Assembly (NCBI GenBank): GCA_002011125.2
Contig: MTMF02000009.1
Span: forward strand, 1,832,989-1,896,988
DNA length: 64,000 bases
Source: Candidatus Hydrothermarchaeum profundi
GTDB taxonomy: Archaea > Hydrothermarchaeota > Hydrothermarchaeia > Hydrothermarchaeales > Hydrothermarchaeaceae
Reading direction: 5' to 3'
Shown: one piece after another, positions 18,676 through 28,785 of the stretch
Layout: every line of letters begins with the position of its first letter
Position numbering within the stretch: position 1 is the first letter of the stretch
The notes under the pieces: model-generated
Database searches by the model: none
What the model saw: only the letters and a program-made list of their open reading frames with translations
What the model was told of the DNA's origin: nothing
Position numbers and translations under genes: made by a program

Positions 18676-20877
18676 ATGCACGTTGATGAACTCGTTGACA
18701 GCGGGATTCCTACAAGAGTTATAGAAGTTCTAAAAGATAACGGTATTACAAAACTGTATCCCCCACAGAGAGATGCCGTATATGAAGGACTTCTAGATCT
18801 TAAGGAGTCTTTTGTCATAGCAGTTCCAACCGCCAGCGGAAAGACTCTAATAGCTGAGCTTCTAATGGTTAAATCCATACTTGACCGAGGGGGAAAATGC
18901 CTGTATATCGTGCCCTTGAGAGCTCTAGCTAACGAGAAGCTTGAAGAGTTTAGAAAATACGAAAAGTTAGGGATAAGAGTAGCTATCTCTACGGGGGATT
19001 ATGACTCCTCTGATCCCTGGCTTACCAACTATGATATTATAATTACTACGAGCGAAAAAGCAGACTCGCTACTTAGGCATAGAAGCGAATGGCTAGGGAT
19101 GGTTAAAGTACTTGTAGCAGATGAGATCCATCTGATAAACGATGCTGGCAGAGGACCTACTCTCGAGGTGACTATAGCTAAACTCAGGCATCTTAACCCG
19201 CAGCTGATAGTCCTAGGATTAAGCGCAACAATCAAAAATGCAGATGAGATAGCTTCATGGCTTAACGCAAAGCTAATTAAAAGCGAATGGAGGCCAGTTA
19301 CCCTGCGAAAAGGAGTGTACTTTAACGGCGAAATCTTATTTGATGACTCAAGTATAATTGAAGTAGAGCCTCTCACTAATGGAGAGCTGTTTAACCTTGC
19401 CCTAGAACCGGTTAAAGAGAGCGGGCAGAGCCTAGTTTTTGTAAATACTAGAGCTAGTACAGAGAGATTTGCACTCGATATCTCGCGGATTTCGAAGAAA
19501 TTTATCTCAAACTCAGAAACCAAAGCTTTGAAAGATATAGCTGATGAGGCTCTTAACGTACTTGCTGAACCGACTAGAATATGTAAGAGACTAAGCAAAT
19601 GTATTGAATGTGGATCAGCTTTTCATCATGCAGGGCTAGCCGCTGAGCAGAGACGTATCGTTGAAGAAGCTTTCAAGAATAATCTAATAAAAGTCCTCTC
19701 TGCAACACCTACTCTTGCTGCAGGAGTAAATCTGCCTGCTAGGAGAGTTATTATACGAGACTACAAGCGCTATGAGCCTTCTCTAGGACAGTCCCATATA
19801 CCTGTATTAGAGATTCATCAAATGTGTGGCAGGGCTGGAAGACCGAAATACGATGAGTATGGGGAGGCTATACTAGTAGCAAAAAGCTTTGATGAGAGGT
19901 CTTTTCTGCTTGACAATTATATTTTAGCAGAGCCTGAAGCGATTTATTCAAAGTTAGCTATGGAATCCGTACTCCGGGTTCATACCCTTGCGACGATAGT
20001 GACAGGGTTTGCGAATACCAAGCAGGGCCTCATAGATTTCTTCTCAAAGACTTTCTTCTCCTTTCAGCAGGACCCTTGGGTACTAGAGGGTGCAATAATG
20101 AAATCACTCGAGTTTCTAATGCGTGAAAGCCTACTAGAAGAGAAAGGAGAATATATTACCCCAACCCCCTTTGGGAGTAGAACCTCCGAGCTTTACATTG
20201 ACCCTGTAAGCGCGGTAATTTTAAGAAATGCCTTATTTAAAGCGAGAGATAGGGATACAAATGAGATATCATATCTTCAGGCTATCGCTGGTACCCCTGA
20301 ACTCGGGAAAATGTATCTGAGGAAGAAAGACTATGATGCATGCCTCGAATTTGCTTATGAGCATGAGAACTATCTACTATTTGGGATACCAAGTGAGATA
20401 ATCGATCCATGGAATTTTGAGGAGTTCCTCTCAAATTTGAAAACTGTAATGTTTTTTAAAGACTGGATAGAGGAGGTAAGTGAAGAATTTCTCTTGAAAA
20501 AGTATAATCTAGGCCCGGGGGATATCCATAATAAGGTAGAGCTAGCTGACTGGCTACTCTACTCTATGGCAGAGATAGGGAAGCTCTTCAAGATACCTAA
20601 GATCAGAGAAGTTTTAAAACTACGTGTGAGGGTAAAGCATGGAATAAAAGAAGAACTTCTACCGCTGATAACTCTCAGAGGTATAGGTAGAGCACGTGCG
20701 AGGAGGTTATTTGCTAGAGGATATAGAACTTTGGGTGATATACGTAAGGCAGATGTAAAAGAGCTTTCTAGAGTTGAGATGATAGGAGAGAAGCTAGCTA
20801 AAAGTATAAAGTCACAACTCGAAGGAAAAGAAGAAAAAGTAGGTATAGAAAGACAAAGTAGACTTGCAGATTTTTAA
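18676..20877 (+). CDS. hel308: Hel308/Hjm Ski2-like DNA helicase
   Basis: PTASGKT, DEIH, LSAT, HHAGL, TPTLAAGVNLPA, QMCGRAGRP, HhH; C-terminal QSRLADF PIP-like motif. Confidence 0.95.
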   Translation: MHVDELVDSGIPTRVIEVLKDNGITKLYPPQRDAVYEGLLDLKESFVIAVPTASGKTLIAELLMVKSILDRGGKCLYIVPLRALANEKLEEFRKYEKLGIRVAISTGDYDSSDPWLTNYDIIITTSEKADSLLRHRSEWLGMVKVLVADEIHLINDAGRGPTLEVTIAKLRHLNPQLIVLGLSATIKNADEIASWLNAKLIKSEWRPVTLRKGVYFNGEILFDDSSIIEVEPLTNGELFNLALEPVKESGQSLVFVNTRASTERFALDISRISKKFISNSETKALKDIADEALNVLAEPTRICKRLSKCIECGSAFHHAGLAAEQRRIVEEAFKNNLIKVLSATPTLAAGVNLPARRVIIRDYKRYEPSLGQSHIPVLEIHQMCGRAGRPKYDEYGEAILVAKSFDERSFLLDNYILAEPEAIYSKLAMESVLRVHTLATIVTGFANTKQGLIDFFSKTFFSFQQDPWVLEGAIMKSLEFLMRESLLEEKGEYITPTPFGSRTSELYIDPVSAVILRNALFKARDRDTNEISYLQAIAGTPELGKMYLRKKDYDACLEFAYEHENYLLFGIPSEIIDPWNFEEFLSNLKTVMFFKDWIEEVSEEFLLKKYNLGPGDIHNKVELADWLLYSMAEIGKLFKIPKIREVLKLRVRVKHGIKEELLPLITLRGIGRARARRLFARGYRTLGDIRKADVKELSRVEMIGEKLAKSIKSQLEGKEEKVGIERQSRLADF

Positions 20878-21206
20878 TGGAGAAACTTTATTTTATCGTA
20901 ATTCTTTTATTCGATAGAGTTACGTTGGGTAATAGGATGTACCCTGTGCTGTTAGAACTCTTCTTTTCGAAAGATTCCTCTGAGGTTGGAAAAGTTAGAG
21001 AGATCGCAGTTAAGGCCTTGAAAAAGCTAGATGTAGCCGTTTTAGTGGAGAGGGATATTTCAGAATATTCTAATACGGAACTAGCTGCGAGATATGGGAT
21101 AAAATATTTCCCCTCCCTTCTCCTGAACCATGCTTACAAGATAGGAATCCCCAGATCTGAAAGAGAACTACTCTGGATATTCAGGAGATATGGATTAAAA
21201 GTATAG
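20877..21206 (+). CDS. hypothetical protein, thioredoxin-like fold without CxxC
   Basis: A.RYGIK..PSL.LN motif; true start may be an internal Met. Confidence 0.5.
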   Translation: MEKLYFIVILLFDRVTLGNRMYPVLLELFFSKDSSEVGKVREIAVKALKKLDVAVLVERDISEYSNTELAARYGIKYFPSLLLNHAYKIGIPRSERELLWIFRRYGLKV

Positions 21207-21244
21207 ATATCCTTTTCTAACTAGCAACCAATGGACATCGCTAA

Positions 21245-22003
21245 TCAAATGCTTGGAAGATTTGAAATCCCGCCGCTAATGAAGATAGCACCCAGTATTA
21301 TGCTCAGTATTGCGGTAAAAAGTGCAACTACTTTATAAACACCCTCTCTAGTTAATGACTTTTTATATCCAAAAGTGGCTAGAACTCCCAACAAAGAGTT
21401 GTTAAGTATAACTCCAAAAGTGAAGATGCCTATCATAACGGCTCCGATAAAAGTCTTATCAGCTATTCCAGCAGTTGTAGCTAGTACAAAAACGAGCATC
21501 TGTGTAGGAGTCTCTGCCCCCAGAGCATGAATTCCTCCAATCATGAAGGCAGTTTTACCTCCATAGCCACTTTCCAAGATTTTTCGGGTTTTTCTTTCTT
21601 TTCCTATAAGTTTTGCTGCTAATATATCATATGCTGTTAGTATACCGTTAAGAAGAAGCGCCCATCTTGGGAGTAATCGAAAATCTGAGTTAGCGTGTTT
21701 ATAGAGAGAATAAAAAACATATCCTCCCAAGAAAATCAATGTAAAACCAACTACCTTTTCCATTATAGTTAGAAACTCTTTAGGGATAGAAAGACCTAGC
21801 CACAGACCCACTAAACCTATAAAAGCCACTATAGTACCATGACCAATACTATAGAAAAAGCTAAGGATTAAGCCCCGATGAACACTCGTTTGTGAGCTTG
21901 TTATATCGAATATAGCTGCGATATGATCGTAGTCTAGTCCATGTTTAAAACCAAGGAAAAGAGAAGCAATAATAAGTAAAAATACCTGAGTATTATGAAA
22001 CAT
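21245..22003 (-). CDS. HoxN/HupN/NixA-like Ni/Co permease
   Basis: LG.KHGLDYDHIAAI signature, GHG, several TM helices. Confidence 0.82.
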   Translation of the reverse strand: MFHNTQVFLLIIASLFLGFKHGLDYDHIAAIFDITSSQTSVHRGLILSFFYSIGHGTIVAFIGLVGLWLGLSIPKEFLTIMEKVVGFTLIFLGGYVFYSLYKHANSDFRLLPRWALLLNGILTAYDILAAKLIGKERKTRKILESGYGGKTAFMIGGIHALGAETPTQMLVFVLATTAGIADKTFIGAVMIGIFTFGVILNNSLLGVLATFGYKKSLTREGVYKVVALFTAILSIILGAIFISGGISNLPSI

Positions 22004-22120
22004 GCAACTATCCTAACTTAAATTAGTTTTTATAATTAACGATTCTAATAACATTTATTATCTAAATGAATAAGATTTAAATTTTTTATCATTGTTAGAT
22101 ATCCCTTTAATTTCGGTATT

Positions 22121-22684
22121 ATGAGATTCCTGCTACTCTTCTTCCTCCTCTTAGCTCTCCCATCAGCTGTTGGAGCCTCAGAAACTGTGCTCTACGTCGA
22201 GCTGACAAGCGGAAAGAACGCCTACTTGACGATAGAAAAAATTTCACCAGAGAACTTTGCCGAGATTAAAAAGCTTATCTCAAATCCTATGGTACAGTCT
22301 GCTATAATTCAAAGATTGGCTGTATTATATTGCGGGAATATACGGGACTTCTCAATAACAGCTAGCGCAGAGCGTGTTTATGTTGATGTCCAATGTGCTT
22401 TCGCAAGCAACGAAGGGAGTTATTGGATGGTTGAAAAGAAGGATCTGACCGGGGAGGCAACTCCATTTTATCTTGAGATAAAACTGCCAAAAGGATACGA
22501 GCTGGTACATACTGACCCAAATCCTGATGTAATTTCTGGGAACATTCTAAGATGGAAAAAAACAACTATAATACCAATGCTCGTCTATAAAAAAAGCCAT
22601 CCATATTTAAGAATCTTCCTAGCGAACTGGGGCGCTACTATTCTCGTTGCTTTAATATATGCACGTAAAAAAGCACTACGATAA
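22121..22684 (+). CDS. secreted membrane-anchored hypothetical protein
   Basis: signal peptide and C-terminal TM with basic tail. Confidence 0.65.
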   Translation: MRFLLLFFLLLALPSAVGASETVLYVELTSGKNAYLTIEKISPENFAEIKKLISNPMVQSAIIQRLAVLYCGNIRDFSITASAERVYVDVQCAFASNEGSYWMVEKKDLTGEATPFYLEIKLPKGYELVHTDPNPDVISGNILRWKKTTIIPMLVYKKSHPYLRIFLANWGATILVALIYARKKALR

Positions 22685-23035
22685 TGCTTCTTTTAATGCG
22701 CTCTTTTCTGTGAAACCGATAAAGACGGTCTTCACCCCGCCACTTTGATTGAAAACTACTATAGTAGGAAGGGTACCTGTAATACTATACCTCGCCAGAA
22801 GCTTCCGATTCTCGTCTGCATTTAACTTCAGAAAAACTATTTTGTCGTCGTATTCCTCTTTTAGTCCCTGTATGATCGGCTCTTGTTGTTTACAAACTGC
22901 ACACCACTCGGCATAGAAGTATAAGACTACAGGTTTGCCTGAGTTTAAGGCTGAATTCAATTCCTTCTCGCCAATCTCCTGAGCACTTCCAAGGCAACCC
23001 GCTATGAGTAAAAGTATAAGTATCCCTTCTCTCAT
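22676..23035 (-). CDS. thioredoxin family lipoprotein
   Basis: lipobox IAGC, FYAEWCAVC, LPT. Confidence 0.88.
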   Translation of the reverse strand: MREGILILLLIAGCLGSAQEIGEKELNSALNSGKPVVLYFYAEWCAVCKQQEPIIQGLKEEYDDKIVFLKLNADENRKLLARYSITGTLPTIVVFNQSGGVKTVFIGFTEKSALKEALS

Positions 23036-23220
23036 TTTTCTTTAGCCATTTCGAGTAAGATAGCAATACCTAGTACAACGAGTAATAGGCCGAAAAAGTA
23101 CGCTATGTAATCTTCAATGGTATAGTCCCTTACACCTGCCTCTGTGGCAGATACTATTTGAAATTCTAATAGCACTGCAACAACGCTTATAATGCGCACA
23201 GGTAATAAGTGACCTAACAC
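23032..23220 (-). CDS. small membrane protein
   Basis: two hydrophobic stretches; 4-nt overlap with the trx start; start uncertain. Confidence 0.5.
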   Translation of the reverse strand: MLGHLLPVRIISVVAVLLEFQIVSATEAGVRDYTIEDYIAYFFGLLLVVLGIAILLEMAKEK

Positions 23221-23343
23221 CTTATAATAATTTTTCTAAAAGTATATACATAAATAAAAACTCTATTTTTGAGCTATTTACAAAATTTTACTAGGTATTT
23301 CCTTTGGTTTATAAGGTTAAATCTATACTGGAGATGAAAAACT

Positions 23344-24153
23344 GTGGAACCCTTTAGATTAGCATTCTGGATGTTTCCAGAAAAAATAAAAATAGCATTT
23401 TATTTACTTTTTTTATTATCTATTACCCTTTTCTTAGTAGGCTTCTATAGTAGGCTTTCTATCTGGATGAAAGGGAAAAACAACTGCGATAAATTATCTG
23501 GATTAAATAAATTGGGATTGTTAAAACTTATTTTTTTAAAAATGTTTTCTAGAGATTGCATTTTAGCCAAGAGAGTATTCGCACAGAGTTATCTACGTGG
23601 ATTCGCATTACTTGGAATAATCTGGAGCCTGATATTAATATTTCTTAGTACAGTCTTAGTCACTGTAGACCATATTTTAGGAACTAACCTTATAACCGTT
23701 AATAACGTCACCTTTCCCTATTATTCCTTTTTATTCGATATAGCTGGTTTCTTTCTGCTTTTTGGACTCATCTTTGCGCTGACGAGGAGATACCTATTTG
23801 CTAAAAATATCAGCACATTCGAAGATTGGGGTATACTCTTACTGATTCTAATGATAGTAATCACAGGATTTCTCTCAGAAGGGCTGAGACTTGCAGCCTG
23901 GGGTTTAACTGATCTTACTACTCTAGAATCCCCGTTCGGAATGCTTGTAGCTTATTTACTCAGTTCTCTAACAAACTTGGAAGTAGTTGAAACAATAAAC
24001 ATTCTTAGAATAACGATGGCTTTGCATCTTTTATTCACGATTTTCTTAATAGCATACATTCCATTCTCTAGTCTTTTCCACATGTTTGCAGCGCAGATAA
24101 CAACATTCATATCATCTACACGATACGAGGGTTATATCCATGAAGAAAATTGA
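23344..24153 (+). CDS. NarI/HdrE-like b-type cytochrome membrane anchor
   Basis: multiple TMs, RRY, ITGF..EG.R, H.....AYIPFS.LFH. Confidence 0.8.
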   Translation: MEPFRLAFWMFPEKIKIAFYLLFLLSITLFLVGFYSRLSIWMKGKNNCDKLSGLNKLGLLKLIFLKMFSRDCILAKRVFAQSYLRGFALLGIIWSLILIFLSTVLVTVDHILGTNLITVNNVTFPYYSFLFDIAGFFLLFGLIFALTRRYLFAKNISTFEDWGILLLILMIVITGFLSEGLRLAAWGLTDLTTLESPFGMLVAYLLSSLTNLEVVETINILRITMALHLLFTIFLIAYIPFSSLFHMFAAQITTFISSTRYEGYIHEEN

Positions 24154-25342
24154 CTTGATATCAGGGCTTAATAAAAGAGAGCTAATCGAACTAGACGCCT
24201 GCACGAGATGTAGAAAATGCGTCGAATGGTGTCCAATTGTATCTACTACGGGTAAATATGATAACACTCCTATGGACAAAATTAAGAGTTATAGGAGCTT
24301 TATACAAAATACTCACGGGCTACGAGGGCGCCTTTTAGGTAGTAGAATAGACGAGCGTAAACTCGAAGAGTTCGCTTATAATCTCTATGACTGCACTTCA
24401 TGTGGGAGATGCGGCGTAGTATGCCCCGTTGGAATACATTGCCAAGAGCTTTGGGTAGACGTACGAGCGATTATGAGGAAACTTGGATACGGCCCTCAAG
24501 ACAAGGTTGACGTTGCCCTCCACATTATGGAAAAAGTGCATAATCCATTCGACTTGCCTATAGAGAAGAGGAACGAGTGGATCCCAGAAGACCTTCTAGT
24601 TCAAGAAAAGGCAGATCTAGCATTCTTTGTAGGATGTGAATTAGCCTACCGAGCCAAGCCTATGGCGGTAGGTGCGGTTAGACTACTTCAAAGCTCTGAA
24701 ACACCTTATACCCTTCTAGATGACGAATGGTGCTGTGGATTCCCTCTATATATCCTAGGGGAGAGAGGTATGGAATTTATTGGAGAAGTCAAAAATAACG
24801 TTAAAAAACTAAGAGAAAAAGGAGTTAAGGAGGTGACTACTTATTGCCCATGCTGCCTTAACGTTATGAAAAGGGGCTGGCCAGAAGTCATAGAGGTGCC
24901 ATTCAAAATTTCCCATATCTTCCAGATACTATCAGAAAAAATTAAGGCAGGTAGATTAAAATTCACTAAAAGCTTTGATGGAAAAGTTACTTATCACGAT
25001 CCTTGTTATCTTTCAAGAGGATGGAAGGAGGGTGAAAACATAATAGAAGAACCAAGAAGGATAATAAACAGTATTCCCGGAGCTGATCTAGTTGAGATGG
25101 AGCACAATAAGAAGCTTTCCTTATGTCCTGGATCTGGAGGAGGATTAAGGAGAATCAATCTTCCTTTATCCCATAAAATGTCGGTACCTGTGTTAAAGGA
25201 AGCGGACGCTACAGGAGCAGAGGTCTTACTCACTGCCTGCCCCGCGGTATATGAAAGGCTGAAGATGACGGTAGAAGAAGGGATATATGCCCCAAAAGTT
25301 GAGATAATGGACTTATTACAATTTGCTTCAAACCACTTATAA
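24140..25342 (+). CDS. HdrD/GlpC-like Fe-S oxidoreductase (2x[4Fe-4S] plus CCG domains)
   Basis: CTRCRKC..CP, CTSCGRC..CP, FVGC, WCCG, CPCC, YHDPC. Confidence 0.88.
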   Translation: MKKIDLISGLNKRELIELDACTRCRKCVEWCPIVSTTGKYDNTPMDKIKSYRSFIQNTHGLRGRLLGSRIDERKLEEFAYNLYDCTSCGRCGVVCPVGIHCQELWVDVRAIMRKLGYGPQDKVDVALHIMEKVHNPFDLPIEKRNEWIPEDLLVQEKADLAFFVGCELAYRAKPMAVGAVRLLQSSETPYTLLDDEWCCGFPLYILGERGMEFIGEVKNNVKKLREKGVKEVTTYCPCCLNVMKRGWPEVIEVPFKISHIFQILSEKIKAGRLKFTKSFDGKVTYHDPCYLSRGWKEGENIIEEPRRIINSIPGADLVEMEHNKKLSLCPGSGGGLRRINLPLSHKMSVPVLKEADATGAEVLLTACPAVYERLKMTVEEGIYAPKVEIMDLLQFASNHL

Positions 25343-25483
25343 GACTGGTACTTTTTTTAAAGATTATTAGGCATTAACATTTTTTTATTCAGATGATAAC
25401 TTTTAATTATAGATACATACCATATTAAATGAGGGGGCCATATGTTTGGCTCTGGTGTTGTGTTTTTTAGGAGGTGAGTTGTT

Positions 25484-25930
25484 TTGGCTGAGGCTAAGGA
25501 GTTGTCTGCGGAGGAGGCCGACAGGTATATGGAGGAGGTCATGGGCTTTACGCCCAGGATGTTTAAGGTGATTAACACGGTTAACCCTGAGGCTGGTAAG
25601 ACCTTCGCGGACTTCTATAACAGTATATGGAAGGACGCCGCTCTTTCTAAGAAGGTTAAGGAGCTTATCTTCACCGCCATAGGCGTCGCCAACATGTCCC
25701 CTAGGTGCCTTATACACGTTATACCCGCGTTAAAGGCAGGGGCTACGACGGCAGAGATATTTGAGGCGGTATCGGTCGGCGTTATAGCCGCTGGCTTCGT
25801 GCCCAACGGCAAGGGCATACCCTACGCCTTCGAATACGCTGCCAAGGTACTAGAGATAGCAGACAAATACAGCAAAGGCGAAGAATGGGAATACCTGCTG
25901 CCGCCAAAATTCGACCACGGCATACATTAA
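25484..25930 (+). CDS. carboxymuconolactone decarboxylase (CMD/AhpD-like) family protein
   Basis: ALSKKVKELI..AI, C..H...AL.AGAT..EI.EA; strong GGAGGTGA RBS. Confidence 0.85.
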   Translation: MAEAKELSAEEADRYMEEVMGFTPRMFKVINTVNPEAGKTFADFYNSIWKDAALSKKVKELIFTAIGVANMSPRCLIHVIPALKAGATTAEIFEAVSVGVIAAGFVPNGKGIPYAFEYAAKVLEIADKYSKGEEWEYLLPPKFDHGIH

Positions 25931-25945
25931 ACAGTTTGATACCTA

Positions 25946-26314
25946 ATGAGCGATAAAAGGATTATATTCCTATTGAAGACGGGCTTTAATCAACCGGGCA
26001 TTACTAGAGCTGCCTTAATGTTTTCCTCTATTAGTGCGGCCATGGACGTAGATACCATTGTTTACTGCGTTCAGGAAGGCGCGGATATCTTAGTTAGAGG
26101 AGCAGTAGACAAGGAAGAAGCTAAGCCGGGTATCCCAACGATAAAGCAACGGCTTGAAGAAGCCATAGATGCGGGGGTTAGATTTGAGATATGTGACGCT
26201 ACAGCTAAGGTTAGAGGAATCAAAAAGGAGGAACTAATTCCTCAAGCCAGGATAGTTGGCGCAGCCAGGTTGATAGACTTGGCCTTGGATAGTGATAAAG
26301 TAATTAGTTTTTGA
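25946..26314 (+). CDS. DsrE family protein
   Basis: A..A.AM, EG..., AGV...IC, ends VISF. Confidence 0.82.
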   Translation: MSDKRIIFLLKTGFNQPGITRAALMFSSISAAMDVDTIVYCVQEGADILVRGAVDKEEAKPGIPTIKQRLEEAIDAGVRFEICDATAKVRGIKKEELIPQARIVGAARLIDLALDSDKVISF

Positions 26315-26332
26315 TATGGAGGGTAAGGGATA

Positions 26333-26572
26333 ATGGTGACTGAGTATAAAGCCGACAGAGTACTTGACGTTAAAGGGCTCACTTGCCCGTATCCTGTACT
26401 GAAGACTAAGAAATTAATGGATCAAATGAAGCCTGGAGAAATCCTTGAAGTCATTGCTACAGATGATGGCTGTAAGACGGACTTGCCTGCATGGGCAAAG
26501 CGCACTGGAAATGAATTCCTAGGAATGTTTGAGAATACCAACTTCACTAGATTCTTTATTAAGAAAAAGTAG
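26333..26572 (+). CDS. TusA family sulfur carrier
   Basis: LDVKGLTCPYPV, GEILEV.ATD, D.PAW...GN. Confidence 0.92.
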   Translation: MVTEYKADRVLDVKGLTCPYPVLKTKKLMDQMKPGEILEVIATDDGCKTDLPAWAKRTGNEFLGMFENTNFTRFFIKKK

Positions 26573-26627
26573 AATACTTCAATAGCCTCACTCAGAGAAA
26601 CCATTATATCAAGCCTTATGGTAGATT

Positions 26628-27043
26628 TCACTCAGGTACAATCCTAGAGAATTCATCGAATTTATCATAGTAGGCATCCAGCACATATATTTCTCTTATC
26701 CCGTTTTCTTGCATAACCAGCACATTTACTGCGTCATCAAAATCAATTTCATATTCTTCAGCCATGAGTGCTGCATTCTCTATTAACTACCCTATCTAAC
26801 AGAGGGACCCATTTAATGTTTAAGGATTTCAGAGCCCTCATGGCTAGAGTTAATCTATCTTATCAAAGTTTTCTCTATTTTCTAAGATGAAATAAAATAC
26901 TGCGGATGTTAAGAAAGTAGTAGTAACTCTCTCTATGTTGATTTTAGGAGATAACCGTAAGAGCAAATTTTGCCTCCATGATAATATTCTTCTGGTTGCT
27001 TTAAAGCAACGCATAGGAAGATTCCTACATTAAAGAATCTCAT
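26628..27043 (-). pseudogene. VapC (PIN) toxin pseudogene
   Basis: MRFFNVGIFL start, then stops/frameshifts; intact C-terminal part EEYEIDFDDAVNVLVMQENGIREIYVLDAYYDKF. Confidence 0.8.
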
Positions 27044-27289
27044 ATAAGCCTGATTTCCTTTCAAGAAACTTTTCTGCCGCCTTTTTCTTTAACTCTGTAA
27101 CCTGATACCTCTCTAGTAGACCATCGAAAATCTCTACAGGATTTTCGATCTTTTAACGACTATCAATTTGATACCATCTTCTTCAGGTTTAAATATAACC
27201 TCATCCCCTTCTCTAATTAAGTATTTCTTACAAATCTCTTTAGGTATGGTAATCTGATATTTAGAAGTCACTTTTGATTTTCCTTTCAA
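27030..27289 (-). pseudogene. AbrB/MazE-type antitoxin, frameshifted
   Basis: TTG-KGKSKVTSKYQITIPKEI..KY.I.EGDEV.F; frame change near 27150 before ENPVEIFDGLL. Confidence 0.8.
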
Positions 27290-27346
27290 AATAATTCTCC
27301 TTATTATAGCTATTGTCGATTACCGGGCAAAAATTTTATAAAATTT

Positions 27347-27640
27347 ATGAAAATAATCATACTAATGACATATATCGCTACTCTTGTAGATATAAAAGAA
27401 GTAAAGAGGCTACCGCCTGAGATAAGGCCCTACGTTGAATTTAAAGCACAACTCGAGAGCCGGGAATTAACCGGCAATGAGAAAGTTGCCATATTTAATA
27501 TAGCTACTACAACCGCTTATATCCCTGTGTTCCTAGATGAAGGTAAGTCTATAGAAAAAATTAAAAAAGAAATAAAGGAGGATGGACACGCATCAATCAA
27601 CCCTGATAGTCTCAGAAGATTAAGAGGGCTTCTCCATTAG
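27347..27640 (+). CDS. DUF749-like archaeal protein
   Basis: YIATL, PYV.FKA.LE.REL, AI.NI..T..Y..VFLD. Confidence 0.65.
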   Translation: MKIIILMTYIATLVDIKEVKRLPPEIRPYVEFKAQLESRELTGNEKVAIFNIATTTAYIPVFLDEGKSIEKIKKEIKEDGHASINPDSLRRLRGLLH

Positions 27641-28438
27641 CTTTCTTTTACTCAAGAGCTTTCCTTCAGCAGAATGCGGTCTTCTTAGGACGTTATCTTC
27701 CCCCTTTTCTATCTTTCTTACCTCATCGCACAGAAGAGCAGCCGCCCTTAATAGTTCATGGGCAGACGCTACTATAGGAATATATTCTTCGGAATCTTTC
27801 ACTATAAAGCAACCTTTCACATTAAGCTCTCCAACTTTTTCAGCCATTTCATAAGCTGCCATTGCCATCGACTTAGCATATGGATTGTTTATCCCCGATC
27901 TTTCTACTGCTTTTTTACTGTCAATAATAATTCTCGGTAGATATTCTTCCCCATTTTTTATTGCATCAATAGATTTGTCGATCTCTTCTTGTAATACCCT
28001 AAAGGCTCCTGTTATAGATAATACTTTCAGCATCTCAGCATTAAAAATCGCCATCTCTATAGGATCTAAGAATTCCCTCCTAGCGCCTATCATAGAATCG
28101 CCTTTCACAAAGACATATCCGAGACCCTCTTCTTCTAGTTTATCTTTTATTCTTATTCCCGGAGCATCTCCTATAATCACTGCCTTTTTCTTTGAGAGAT
28201 TCTTAATTACCTTAGCCGGTCCAGGAGCTGAAGGGTTTGGAGTTGAATATAGTATAAGGTCTGGGTTTTGCTTCAGTACTTCACTCACAGGCTCTTCAAC
28301 ATCCTTCGGGCCCATCTTCGCCCCAGATGTCACCACTCTTACTTTTAAATCCTTTCTGTCCGCTCTTTCATCTAATAGAAGCTCTAACACTAGGGAAGAA
28401 GCAATATTCCCTGTTTTAATTACACCTATCTCTACCAT
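27620..28438 (-). CDS. mtd: F420-dependent methylenetetrahydromethanopterin dehydrogenase
   Basis: GNI, LLDERADR, SGAKM, PN..APGP, DSMIGARREFLDP.EMA.FN, NPYAK, R.PH. Confidence 0.95.
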   Translation of the reverse strand: MVEIGVIKTGNIASSLVLELLLDERADRKDLKVRVVTSGAKMGPKDVEEPVSEVLKQNPDLILYSTPNPSAPGPAKVIKNLSKKKAVIIGDAPGIRIKDKLEEEGLGYVFVKGDSMIGARREFLDPIEMAIFNAEMLKVLSITGAFRVLQEEIDKSIDAIKNGEEYLPRIIIDSKKAVERSGINNPYAKSMAMAAYEMAEKVGELNVKGCFIVKDSEEYIPIVASAHELLRAAALLCDEVRKIEKGEDNVLRRPHSAEGKLLSKRKLMEKPS

Positions 28439-28510
28439 ATTTCTCTTACCTCCCACCCCCATCTGGGTCCACTAAATATTTAAATATAGTGGGCTACATC
28501 AGGATTTAAT

Positions 28511-28783
28511 ATGTGTTTAAACTATAAGGACGGTAACTGCATAGTGACGAATAAGAAGTGCAAGTTCGGTGAAGACGGAGAGGACCTTTCCATGGGAGAC
28601 TGTGATCTTCACGGGGATTACGATGTCTGGGTTACTGATAAGAAGATAATTGTTGCCAAAACTGAAAAAGGGTCTAAAGGAGAAGGAAAAGTTTTAGGCT
28701 ATGGATTGAATTTTTTGGTAGCTGATGAACTAGCCTATAAGAAGTCTAAAAAACTGGAATTACCCGTAGATTACATAGAATAG
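28511..28783 (+). CDS. hypothetical Cys-rich protein
   Basis: 90-aa ORF with N-terminal Cys cluster. Confidence 0.55.
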   Translation: MCLNYKDGNCIVTNKKCKFGEDGEDLSMGDCDLHGDYDVWVTDKKIIVAKTEKGSKGEGKVLGYGLNFLVADELAYKKSKKLELPVDYIE

Positions 28784-28785
28784 AG

